Notes under the pieces: generated by a model
Told to the model about the DNA's origin: nothing
Databases searched by the model: none
What the model saw: only the letters and a program-made list of their open reading frames with translations
Made by a program: the position numbers and the translations under genes
Part shown: in pieces, positions 9,619-17,673 of the stretch
Position numbering within the stretch: the stretch's first letter is position 1
Layout of the letters: each line of letters opens with the position of its first letter
Origin: a bacterium
GTDB taxonomy: Bacteria > SZUA-79 > Acidulodesulfobacterales > Acidulodesulfobacteraceae
Length of the DNA: 64,000 bases
Assembly (NCBI GenBank): GCA_021809845.1
Contig: JAJZJW010000003.1
Coordinates: forward strand, 21,785 to 85,784
Direction of reading: 5' to 3'

Positions 9619-10764
9619 TCAAAGTCTATGTTCAAATGGTTTATCTGTTTCTTCTACATACGGCATGTCTACCTTGCCGCCAAGTTTTTCATAAGCCGTT
9701 CCTTGAAAATCCATAGAATACGTATAAGCCATATTGACTTTTTTAGGATTTGTATTCTCCGTGAGATTACCGTCAATGTCTATATAAAAAACCTGCGGAT
9801 GAGTTCCCATGGATAACAAAAGTCTTGAGGTAGGAAAGGTAGCCAAAAGCTTCGACACTTCACTTTTTGGGTCAAGTCTGTCGCCAAATACCCTTGCTCT
9901 TCCCACGCATGACATAACGCATGCAGGCTCTAGCCCCTGGTCGAGTCTGTCAACGCACATAGTACATTTATCTGCGGTATGCATAACCGGATTAAAAAAC
10001 CTCATATTGTAAGGGCATGCTTGAATACAGGTTCCGCACCCTATACATTCGCAAAAATTTATTAACACAAGACCATCTTGCCTCTTAAATGTTGCCTTTA
10101 CAGGACAGACTTCAACACATGGCGGATGGTCGCAGTGATTACACATTCTAGGCAGCATAACTTTCTTCACGTTTGGCGAAAAATTACCTTCATCTGTAAT
10201 TACTATCCCGTTGGGATTTTGCTCCATATGACCGGTATCCATAACATCCACTAACGTTCTGAATACTCCTACCGGAACATTGTTTTCACTTTTGCAAGCT
10301 ACAACACAAGACTGACACCCGACGCATTTGCGCAAATCCATAACCATTATCCAGTGATGTTTAGGCTTACTTTCTTTTATTTCATAGAACCGTTCATGCC
10401 ATATAGGTAATTTGAGATAAGCCTCCATGACATACCACCTTACCCAGCCGTCTTTTACCCATGTAGTAGGATTTAACCATGACATCCACCTATGATTTTT
10501 TAAAGGTCCTGTGGCTTTCCCCGTGTTTGGATTGGGAAGATTTTGACCGTAATCCGACGGTGTTTCGCCTGAAACTTTCATAAGCTTTTTTTTAGTCTCT
10601 ATACTCTTTTCCGATGCTGTTTTTTCAGCATGAGCCTTTTTGGATAAAATAGCAGAACCGAGAATAATCGCGGCTCCTCCCCCAATTATTTTTCCTAAAA
10701 AATTCCTCCTTTCTTTCTTTTTTTGTTTTGCCGGTTTATTTTTAGTCCTTACATCATTTTCCAT
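9619..10764 (-). CDS. Tat-signal four-cluster [4Fe-4S] electron-transfer subunit (TtrB/PsrB-like) with ~110-aa N-terminal extension
   Basis: RRNFLGKIIGGGAA twin-arginine motif. Four ferredoxin Cys groups: CVGCQSCVVAC, CNHCDHPPCVEVCP, CIGCGTCIQACP, CTMCVDR...CVMSC. Start placed at the ATG (MENDV) 5 nt after a GGAGG; the ORF track extends to 10833. Confidence 0.85.
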   Translation of the reverse strand: MENDVRTKNKPAKQKKKERRNFLGKIIGGGAAIILGSAILSKKAHAEKTASEKSIETKKKLMKVSGETPSDYGQNLPNPNTGKATGPLKNHRWMSWLNPTTWVKDGWVRWYVMEAYLKLPIWHERFYEIKESKPKHHWIMVMDLRKCVGCQSCVVACKSENNVPVGVFRTLVDVMDTGHMEQNPNGIVITDEGNFSPNVKKVMLPRMCNHCDHPPCVEVCPVKATFKRQDGLVLINFCECIGCGTCIQACPYNMRFFNPVMHTADKCTMCVDRLDQGLEPACVMSCVGRARVFGDRLDPKSEVSKLLATFPTSRLLLSMGTHPQVFYIDIDGNLTENTNPKKVNMAYTYSMDFQGTAYEKLGGKVDMPYVEETDKPFEHRL

Positions 10765-10869
10765 ATCTACCTCCATAAAGCATAAAAAAATAATTTTTAC
10801 TGTTAAATAAAAGTTATAAAAAAGATATAACAAAAAAATGCAAAATATAACTGCGATTAATATATTTTT

Positions 10870-11300
10870 TAAAATAAGCCGTGTATAAATCTGAATATGA
10901 AACTTAAATATGAATTACTAAATATAAATATGAAACTTAAATATAAATATGAAACTTAAATATGAACTGGTAAATATAAATATTAAATCTAAATATGAAC
11001 TGATAAATATAAATATTAAATATAAATATGAAATATAAATATAAATATTAAATCTAAATATGAAATATAAATATAAATATAAATATAAATATAAATTACT
11101 AAATATAAATATAAATTACTAAATATAAATATAAATATTAAATCTAAATATGAACTGATAAATATAAATATTAAATATAAATATGAAATATAAATATAAA
11201 TATTAAATCTAAATATGAAATCTAAATATGAAATCTAAATATAAATATGAAACTTAAATATGAACTGCTAAGTTTGAACATTAAATATAAATATTAAATA
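10870..11300. repeat. A/T-only minisatellite with higher-order duplication
   Basis: Built from AAATAT / AAATATGAA(A/C)(T/C)T units. An 86-bp block at 10981-11066 recurs at 11136-11221 (155-bp period). Confidence 0.85.
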
Positions 11301-11302
11301 AA

Positions 11303-11662
11303 TTATTTTAAACTTTCTAAGTAACTTACAAGTATTTTAATCTTTGCAGGTGGTATATTTCCAAAAGAAGGCATTATATTACTTCTGAAATGCGCTGCAG
11401 GATCGATTAGTTGTTTTTTCATCCAATGGTAGCTTAAATTATTAGAACCTATATGAGAAAGGTTAGGCCCTACTTTTCCTCCTTTCCCGTTAATAATATG
11501 ACACGCTATGCATCCTTCAGATTTAAATAATGATGCACCGCTCACAGAAGCACTTGCAAAGGCTTTTGAAGAATATCCGGTAATAATAAAAATAGACAGT
11601 AAAAAAAATAAACTGAGAGGTATTATTATCATAAAATCTAAAAATTTAGTTTCTTTATTCAT
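11303..11662 (-). CDS. class-I c-type cytochrome (monohaem), secreted
   Basis: Signal peptide, CIACH haem motif, downstream Met (IMPSF), C-terminus YLESLK shared with three paralogues. Confidence 0.8.
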   Translation of the reverse strand: MNKETKFLDFMIIIPLSLFFLLSIFIITGYSSKAFASASVSGASLFKSEGCIACHIINGKGGKVGPNLSHIGSNNLSYHWMKKQLIDPAAHFRSNIMPSFGNIPPAKIKILVSYLESLK

Positions 11663-11696
11663 AATGAACTCTTCTCCTGAAAATGTTAATTAACTT

Positions 11697-11840
11697 TAAT
11701 GAATTTTAACTAAATAAATGAGAATCTGTAATTTAATGAATTTTAACTAAATAAATGAGAATCTGTAATTTAATGAATTTTAACTAAATAAATGAGAATC
11801 TGTAATTTAATGAATTTTAACTAAATAAATGAGAATCTGT
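11697..11840. repeat. 37-bp tandem repeat x4 upstream of the cytochrome c gene
   Basis: Unit TAATGAATTTTAACTAAATAAATGAGAATCTGTAATT repeated head-to-tail. Confidence 0.9.
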
Positions 11841-11967
11841 AAGTAAAAGTAATTAATTATGCTAAATTTTATTTATTATTTGCTACTACTACTAAAACCT
11901 CCATTTATAATTTAGTAGCCTTGATTGGGTAATTATGTTAAATATTATTATTTTTTTGCTAATACTT

Positions 11968-12375
11968 TTACTTTAAAGATTCTAAATATAAAGACAACTT
12001 ATCCAATTTCTGTGCGGACATTGTCCTATAAGACGGCATTGTGTTGTCTGCAAAATGAGCCGCAGGGTCAATTATTTGTTTTTTGAGCCATGCAAGATTC
12101 CATTGCTGACCGATGTAAGTAAGGTCAGGTCCGAGAGAACCTCCCTGCTCACTGATAGTATGCATCTGCGTGATATAAGTAAGATTAAATTTTTTATGTC
12201 CGTCATTAATCTTATGGCATGTGATGCACGCTTCTGTTACAAATAAATGTCTTCCTGAATAAGGCTGATAATAAGATAATTTGGGATGAACAGAACCAAA
12301 AAGAACAACAAATATTCCAAGCAGGACTACACCAGCCGCTACAACCACCGTAATGATTTTTGTTTTTTTCTTCAT
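11968..12375 (-). CDS. class-I c-type cytochrome (monohaem), membrane-anchored/secreted
   Basis: N-terminal hydrophobic helix, CITCH motif, TMPSY Met ligand region, C-terminus YLESLK. Confidence 0.8.
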   Translation of the reverse strand: MKKKTKIITVVVAAGVVLLGIFVVLFGSVHPKLSYYQPYSGRHLFVTEACITCHKINDGHKKFNLTYITQMHTISEQGGSLGPDLTYIGQQWNLAWLKKQIIDPAAHFADNTMPSYRTMSAQKLDKLSLYLESLK

Positions 12376-12433
12376 TGTACAATACTCCCCTCATAAAAAT
12401 TAATTAACTTAATACAACTTTACTTAATAAAAT

Positions 12434-12513
12434 TTTAAATATTTAATATAGTAAGAATCAATTAATGTAAGACAACTTTAAATATTTAATATAGTAAGAA
12501 TCAATTAATGTAA
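12434..12513. repeat. 36-bp direct repeat x2
   Basis: TTAAATATTTAATATAGTAAGAATCAATTAATGTAA occurs twice, 8 bp apart. Confidence 0.85.
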
Positions 12514-12643
12514 TTTTTACATTTAATTTTACGTATCCTGTACGATGGATAATTACTGTTTAGGATAACTAAAATTTAATGTTGTAAATAAAATCGATAT
12601 TGCTAACCGGTATACTTATAAGATTATTATAAAAAAGTCTTGG

Positions 12644-12700
12644 TAAAAAGAGGCAAAACATATACATTTTGTAATGAAAGAGTGTTTATTTTGTAGGACA
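12644..12700. repeat. dispersed conserved element, copy 1 (partner at 17176-17232)
   Basis: TAAAAAGAGGCAAAACATATACATTTTGTAA matches 17176-17206 at 29/31. Both are followed ~17 nt later by TGTAGGA. Confidence 0.7.
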
Positions 12701-12761
12701 AAAGACGGAGCGTAAGAAAATGGATTACATTTTGAAAATAATAATCTAAAATTTACAAACA

Positions 12762-13430
12762 CTACAGCTTTTCATTAAGAAACAAATTTAATTTTAAAAC
12801 CATGTCTGTAAGCTCTGCTTTAGTTTTGATGTATAACTTTTCCATACCTCTGTAGCGATATGTAGCAACAGTTTTTTCACTTATAAAAATTCTTTTGGCT
12901 ATTTCTTTGTAAGTATATCCATGCGCTATACCAATAAGAACTTCCTGTTCTCTTGAGCTTAAACTGCCCCAGAGCTGTTCTTCGTTGCTGTCATAACTAA
13001 TCTTGTTCTCATGCCTTCTAATAAATTTATTAAGCAAAGAAGGATGGATATAACTCTCGCCTCTTGCAACAGTTTTTATCGCGTATATAAGGTCATCATC
13101 CACCGCTTTCTTAACTAAAAATCCGTTTGCTCCGTTATCAAATCCAATCTGCAAAAAACATTGATTATCATGCATAGTGAGAATTAATATCTTTGAATCG
13201 GGGGAAACGTTTTTTAATTTTTTAATTAAATCAAGTCCGCTAGTATCGGGCAAAGAAATGTCAAGCAATATAACATCCGGTTTCTTTTCTTGGACAATTT
13301 TTATTGCTGATGCTCCGCTATTAGCTTCCCCTACAACATGTAAATCATTTTGAGTTTCAATCAGCAAATGCAAACCTGAAACTAAAATTTTATGGTCATC
13401 TATAATCACTATACTATAATTATAATCCAA
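12762..13430 (-). CDS. NarL/LuxR-family response regulator
   Basis: Receiver domain (DVILLDISLPD) plus C-terminal LuxR HTH (LSSREQEVLIGIAHGYTYKEIAKRIFISEKTVATYRYRGMEKL). Confidence 0.9.
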   Translation of the reverse strand: MDYNYSIVIIDDHKILVSGLHLLIETQNDLHVVGEANSGASAIKIVQEKKPDVILLDISLPDTSGLDLIKKLKNVSPDSKILILTMHDNQCFLQIGFDNGANGFLVKKAVDDDLIYAIKTVARGESYIHPSLLNKFIRRHENKISYDSNEEQLWGSLSSREQEVLIGIAHGYTYKEIAKRIFISEKTVATYRYRGMEKLYIKTKAELTDMVLKLNLFLNEKL

Positions 13431-13439
13431 GATAGCCCC

Positions 13440-13612
13440 TCCTTAGTCTTTATTTTTAGTCTTTAATTTTAATCTTTATTTTTAGTCTTTAATTTTAGTC
13501 TTTAATTTTAATCTTTATTCTTAGTCTTTGTTCTTAGTCTTTATTTATAGTTTTTGTTCTTAGTCTTTATTCTTAATTTTTATTTATAGACTTTATTCTT
13601 TATTTATTCTTT
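13440..13612. repeat. 13-bp tandem repeat (~13 units) between the kinase and regulator genes
   Basis: Units TAGTCTTTATTTT / TAGTCTTTAATTT / TAATCTTTATTTT fill the whole 184-bp spacer. Confidence 0.9.
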
Positions 13613-13614
13613 AT

Positions 13615-15039
13615 TTAATTAAAATTAATCTTGAACGTTATGGTTGTTCCATTTCCTTTCTCAGATTTAATATCAAGCCTGCCATCCAACAATTCTGCTC
13701 TTTCAACCATGCCGTAAAGACCTAAATTTTCAACATTGCCGGCTTTATAGTTAAATCCGATACCGTTGTCTTCTACAATACCGCTGAATCCGTTTTTATT
13801 ACATTCAAGCTTTACTCTGACAAAACTTGCTTTGGAATGACTAACAACATTCAGAAGCGCTTCTTGTACAATTCTATATATTACAATTTCAATTTCAGGC
13901 TGAAGTTCGCAGCAGCTGCTTTGCCCTATAAAATCAGATTTGACTTTAATTCCTGAAAGTCTTACAAAATCGTCAAGATAGTAACTGATTGCATTGAATA
14001 ACCCTAATTCGTCAATTATTGCAGGTCTTAAATTTTTAGCCATGCTATGCACTAATTCAATATCATTCGATAGATTGTCTCTTAGTACTTTAATATTATT
14101 TTTAATTTCATTATTTATCTCTTTAGAATCTTCAAGAAGTTTTAATCTAATTTTTATATTTGCTAAAATCTGCCCTATCTGGTCATGCAATTGCCTTGAT
14201 ATTCTTTTTCTTTCTTCTTCATGAGCATTTATTATTTTTTTTGTAAATTCTTTCATCATATTATTTTTTTCAAGTTTTATTGCTTCTGCATCTCGCAGTC
14301 GTTTAATCATTTTATTAAAAGCATGCGTTAATTCCCCTATTTCATCCACGATATAAACTTCTTTTAATTCTACCGTTAAATCTCCGTGCTCAACATCGTG
14401 TAAGGCCTTGGTGAGTTTAACAATAGGACGGGTCATAAACATTATTATAGCGCTAAAAACAATAATGCTAATGAACATAATTAGAATAATTGTAAAAATT
14501 AAAGAGCCGATAAAAGAATTTACCAATATTTTAGAATATTTTGTCAGAACGCCGACTCTTACAACACCTAATTTGCCTCTTAATATCGGATAGCTGGAAT
14601 CCCAGACCCCGTCATATAGATTTTTTAATTTAACAATCGAAATTTTTTTGAATCCATGATTATTAATTTTCAATAATTTTAATGGAAATCCATTTTCAAA
14701 AGTGGATGCAATAACTTTTCCCTTGTTATTTTCTATAAAAATGTAACGGATGTCTTTATTGTGATATTTTACATTTTCGATAATTCTCATTAATTTCATG
14801 ATATTATTATCTTTTATGTAGCTTACAGATTGATACGACAGCTCTTGGGCTATCGTTTTGCTTAATGCTTTTAATTGTAAATTGCTTTCTTTGTGAAAAA
14901 CATAATATACCCTAATTATAGTAAAAAAGCTGATAAAAACTGCAATCATAATAATCAAGCCTAGTATCTTACCGTACAAAGAAACATGATACAATTTTTT
15001 CAAAATATTTGTTAAAAATAAAATTAATTTTTTATACAT
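13615..15039 (-). CDS. sensor histidine kinase (2 TM, HAMP, HisKA_3, HATPase_c; NarX/DegS type)
   Basis: TM helices at ~25-45 and ~175-200. H-box EERKRISRQLHDQIGQ. ATPase boxes EDNGIGF and GLYGMVERAELLDG. Confidence 0.9.
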   Translation of the reverse strand: MYKKLILFLTNILKKLYHVSLYGKILGLIIMIAVFISFFTIIRVYYVFHKESNLQLKALSKTIAQELSYQSVSYIKDNNIMKLMRIIENVKYHNKDIRYIFIENNKGKVIASTFENGFPLKLLKINNHGFKKISIVKLKNLYDGVWDSSYPILRGKLGVVRVGVLTKYSKILVNSFIGSLIFTIILIMFISIIVFSAIIMFMTRPIVKLTKALHDVEHGDLTVELKEVYIVDEIGELTHAFNKMIKRLRDAEAIKLEKNNMMKEFTKKIINAHEEERKRISRQLHDQIGQILANIKIRLKLLEDSKEINNEIKNNIKVLRDNLSNDIELVHSMAKNLRPAIIDELGLFNAISYYLDDFVRLSGIKVKSDFIGQSSCCELQPEIEIVIYRIVQEALLNVVSHSKASFVRVKLECNKNGFSGIVEDNGIGFNYKAGNVENLGLYGMVERAELLDGRLDIKSEKGNGTTITFKINFN

Positions 15040-15271
15040 AAAGAGTTCCAGATGTTATATTAAGAAAGCAAACTTTAAATATGCATGAATTGAGCATTTT
15101 TATTTCAATTTGATATGCAAAAACAATACGACATTTTGTTTTAACGGAACGGAAGGAATCATTTCAAAAAGTAAATACTTTGCAAACCCCAAAATATCTA
15201 CATTATAATTAGAAAATAATCTTTCGGCAAGATAGAAATATCGGGGCATTTTATTACTTTTTTTATAATCA

Positions 15272-15418
15272 GTCCGTGCCGGTATCTCGTAAACAGCTTA
15301 GCACACGGGGGGAAACAAGCACTCCGCCATTATAAATCCATAAAGCTATTTGCATTATATCGCATTATACCGAATTATATCGCATTATATTGCATTATAG
15401 CCGATACCCGGCACGGAC
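15272..15418. repeat. 147-bp element bounded by 15/16-bp GC-rich inverted repeats
   Basis: GTCCGTGCCGGTATC (15272-15286) versus GATACCCGGCACGGAC (15403-15418), reverse complements apart from a 1-nt indel. The interior holds ~10-bp GCATTATAT-type repeats. Confidence 0.7.
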
Positions 15419-15626
15419 CAATTATGGACTAAAGCATTGCAATCTTATAATTTGCTTTTAGTCAACACATATTGTACAGTATTATATATATTGCCGTTTC
15501 TTTCTTTAAGTGTATAATTTTTAATGTTAAATGTTATTTAATGCTATTGAACGTTATTTAATGTTATTGATTATTCTTTATTATTATTAACTGTAATAAA
15601 CCCATATTGCGTTAACAATTTCTATT

Positions 15627-16280
15627 TTATTTTAATGATTCAAGATATTTAGCAATAGTATTTAATTGCGATGAAGATATTTTATTTAGTGTAGGCATTA
15701 TTACAAGATAAGTATGACCATTAATTGTCGTCGGAACTCCATAAGTAAAATGAACCTTCGGGTCTATTATTTGCGTTTCAATCCATGAAAGACTTTTCGT
15801 TTTTCCGATATGAGACAAATTTGGACCAACTTTACCGCCTACACCATTTATAGTATGACATGCAACGCAATTATCCGCCCTAAAAAGCGCCAAACCCTTA
15901 GGTATTTTATAACTAAAATTTTGTCTCCGGGATGGAAAAGTTTTAATATATTCCGCCAATTTATTTGCAACAGCCGGCGGTATAGTTTTAAAACCGGGCA
16001 TTCTAACAAGATACATTTTTCCATTAATTTTGGTTTTAGTTCCTAAAAGAAAATGACTGCCGGGATGAAATATCTGGGCTTTAATCCACGCAAGACTTTT
16101 CGTTTTTCCGATTTTGGAAAGGTCTGGTCCAACCGTTCCCCCTTGATGCCCCAGCGTATGACAGTCAATACAATAGTACTCTTTGAAAAGCTTAGGTCCT
16201 GACGGCATTGAAAAAGCTAAACCAACACTAAAAAAGCAAAGCATAAAAGACACTGCAGTAATAAAAATAGATTTTTTCAT
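15627..16280 (-). CDS. dihaem class-I c-type cytochrome, secreted
   Basis: Signal peptide. Two internally repeated modules with CIDCH and CVACH. C-terminus YLESLK. Confidence 0.85.
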   Translation of the reverse strand: MKKSIFITAVSFMLCFFSVGLAFSMPSGPKLFKEYYCIDCHTLGHQGGTVGPDLSKIGKTKSLAWIKAQIFHPGSHFLLGTKTKINGKMYLVRMPGFKTIPPAVANKLAEYIKTFPSRRQNFSYKIPKGLALFRADNCVACHTINGVGGKVGPNLSHIGKTKSLSWIETQIIDPKVHFTYGVPTTINGHTYLVIMPTLNKISSSQLNTIAKYLESLK

Positions 16281-16346
16281 TTTGTACCCCCTAATTAAAA
16301 TTTAAAAACATTTTTAATTAAACTATTATTTTGCCCTAACTTCAGT

Positions 16347-16565
16347 TAGCTCATCGGCTTCATTTTAAATTATATCACGATTAAGCAATTGTTTTTTTGT
16401 AATCAAAAAACACTATAGCTATTGCAAAAATAATAAATCATTTTAATGACTCTAATAGCTCATCGCTTCATTTTAAACTATATTATAGACTACGCAATTG
16501 TTTTTTTGTAATCAAAAAGATACTATAGTTATTGCAAAAATAATAAATCATTTTAATGACTCTAA
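16347..16565. repeat. ~108-bp tandem duplication that includes the 3' end of the cytochrome c gene
   Basis: Copy 2 (16455-16565) contains the last codons plus stop (TTAGAGTCATTAAAATGA = LESLK*). Copy 1 (16347-16454) carries the same string downstream of the gene. Confidence 0.85.
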
Positions 16566-16913
16566 ATATGTAGTGAGAACATCTCTTTTAGCTTTGGATA
16601 AAGTCCTGCTAAAAGGAGGCATTATTACAGTATAAGTTTTACCGTTTAAAGTAACTGAACTGCCGGGAGCAAAATACTTAGACGGATTATAAATAAAACT
16701 TCTTAACCATGTGATACTCCGTTTAGAGCCGATTTTGCTCAAATTCGGTCCAATCTTGCCGCCTACGCCGTTAATTGTATGGCAGCTTATACACCCTGCC
16801 GATTTAAAGAGCGCCTTGCCAGATAAGGCAAAAGCAGAACTGCCTGCAACAAAAAATAGATAAAAAACGGATAAAATAGCACTAAGAATAATTGCATTTC
16901 TAATGTTTTTCAT
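16548..16913 (-). CDS. class-I c-type cytochrome (monohaem), secreted
   Basis: Signal peptide, CISCH motif, IMPPF Met region, C-terminus YLESLK. Confidence 0.8.
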   Translation of the reverse strand: MKNIRNAIILSAILSVFYLFFVAGSSAFALSGKALFKSAGCISCHTINGVGGKIGPNLSKIGSKRSITWLRSFIYNPSKYFAPGSSVTLNGKTYTVIMPPFSRTLSKAKRDVLTTYLESLK

Positions 16914-17010
16914 TTTAATTCCCCTTTTTAATTTTTTAATTTAACAATACAATTTAACAATACAAAATTAAAACTATATTTTGTAAATAAACGGCTAATT
17001 TTGTAAGAAA

Positions 17011-17182
17011 TATTAGTCTTAATATTTTTTCTTATATTACATTTATCATTGACATTTAAAAAATTTAATAAGAGCTTACAATAGATATTGTCATATAAAT
17101 ATTAGATTTTATATTTCTTCTTATATTACATTTATCATTACCATTTAATAAAAGCTTATAATAGATATTGTCATATAAAAAG
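17011..17182. repeat. ~85-bp direct repeat x2
   Basis: ...TTCTTATATTACATTTATCATT(G/A)(A/C)CATTTAA...AAGAGCTTA(C/T)AATAGATATTGTCATATAAA occurs twice in tandem. Confidence 0.8.
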
Positions 17183-17232
17183 AGGTAAAATATATACATT
17201 TTGTAAACAAATCAAATTTAATATGTAGGATA
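17176..17232. repeat. dispersed conserved element, copy 2 (partner at 12644-12700)
   Basis: TAAAAAGAGGTAAAATATATACATTTTGTAA ... TGTAGGA. Confidence 0.7.
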
Positions 17233-17295
17233 TAAATATTACTTTGTAAGTAATTAGCTTACATGTTGAGAGAGGATGACGGGGGGAAAGGCTTA

Positions 17296-17575
17296 AATCT
17301 ATATATTTTTAATAAATTAATTTGTTTTCTTAATAAACTTATTTGCTTTTTTAATAAATTAATTTGTTTTTTTAATAAACTTATTTGCTTTTTTAATAAA
17401 TTAATTTGTTTTCTTAATAAACTTATTTGCTTTTTTAATAAATTAATTTGTTTTTTTAATAAACTTATTTGCTTTTTTAATAAATTAATTTGTTTTTTTA
17501 ATAAACTTATTTGCTTTCTTAATAAATTAATTTGTTTTTTTAATAAACTTATTTGCTTTCTTAATAAATTAACAA
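17296..17575. repeat. 24-bp tandem array (~12 units, alternating two variants)
   Basis: TTAATAAATTAATTTGTTTTT(T/C)T and TTAATAAACTTATTTGCTTTT(T/C)T alternate. One variant contains the palindrome AAATTAATTT. Confidence 0.9.
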
Positions 17576-17593
17576 TTTAAATAAGTTATAAAT

Positions 17594-17650
17594 TTTTATT
17601 TCTATATGTTTATTTCTATATGTTTATTTCTATATGTTTATTTCTAAATT
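17594..17650. repeat. 14-bp tandem repeat x4
   Basis: TATTTCTATATGTT repeated. Confidence 0.85.
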
Positions 17651-17673
17651 TTTTCTTTCTTCTGTAAAAATAC

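Noticed and set aside
17263-17580. 105-aa ORF (NKLICF)n
   Set aside because: It is a pure translation artefact of the 24-bp tandem array. There is no RBS, and the sequence is periodic with the DNA repeat.
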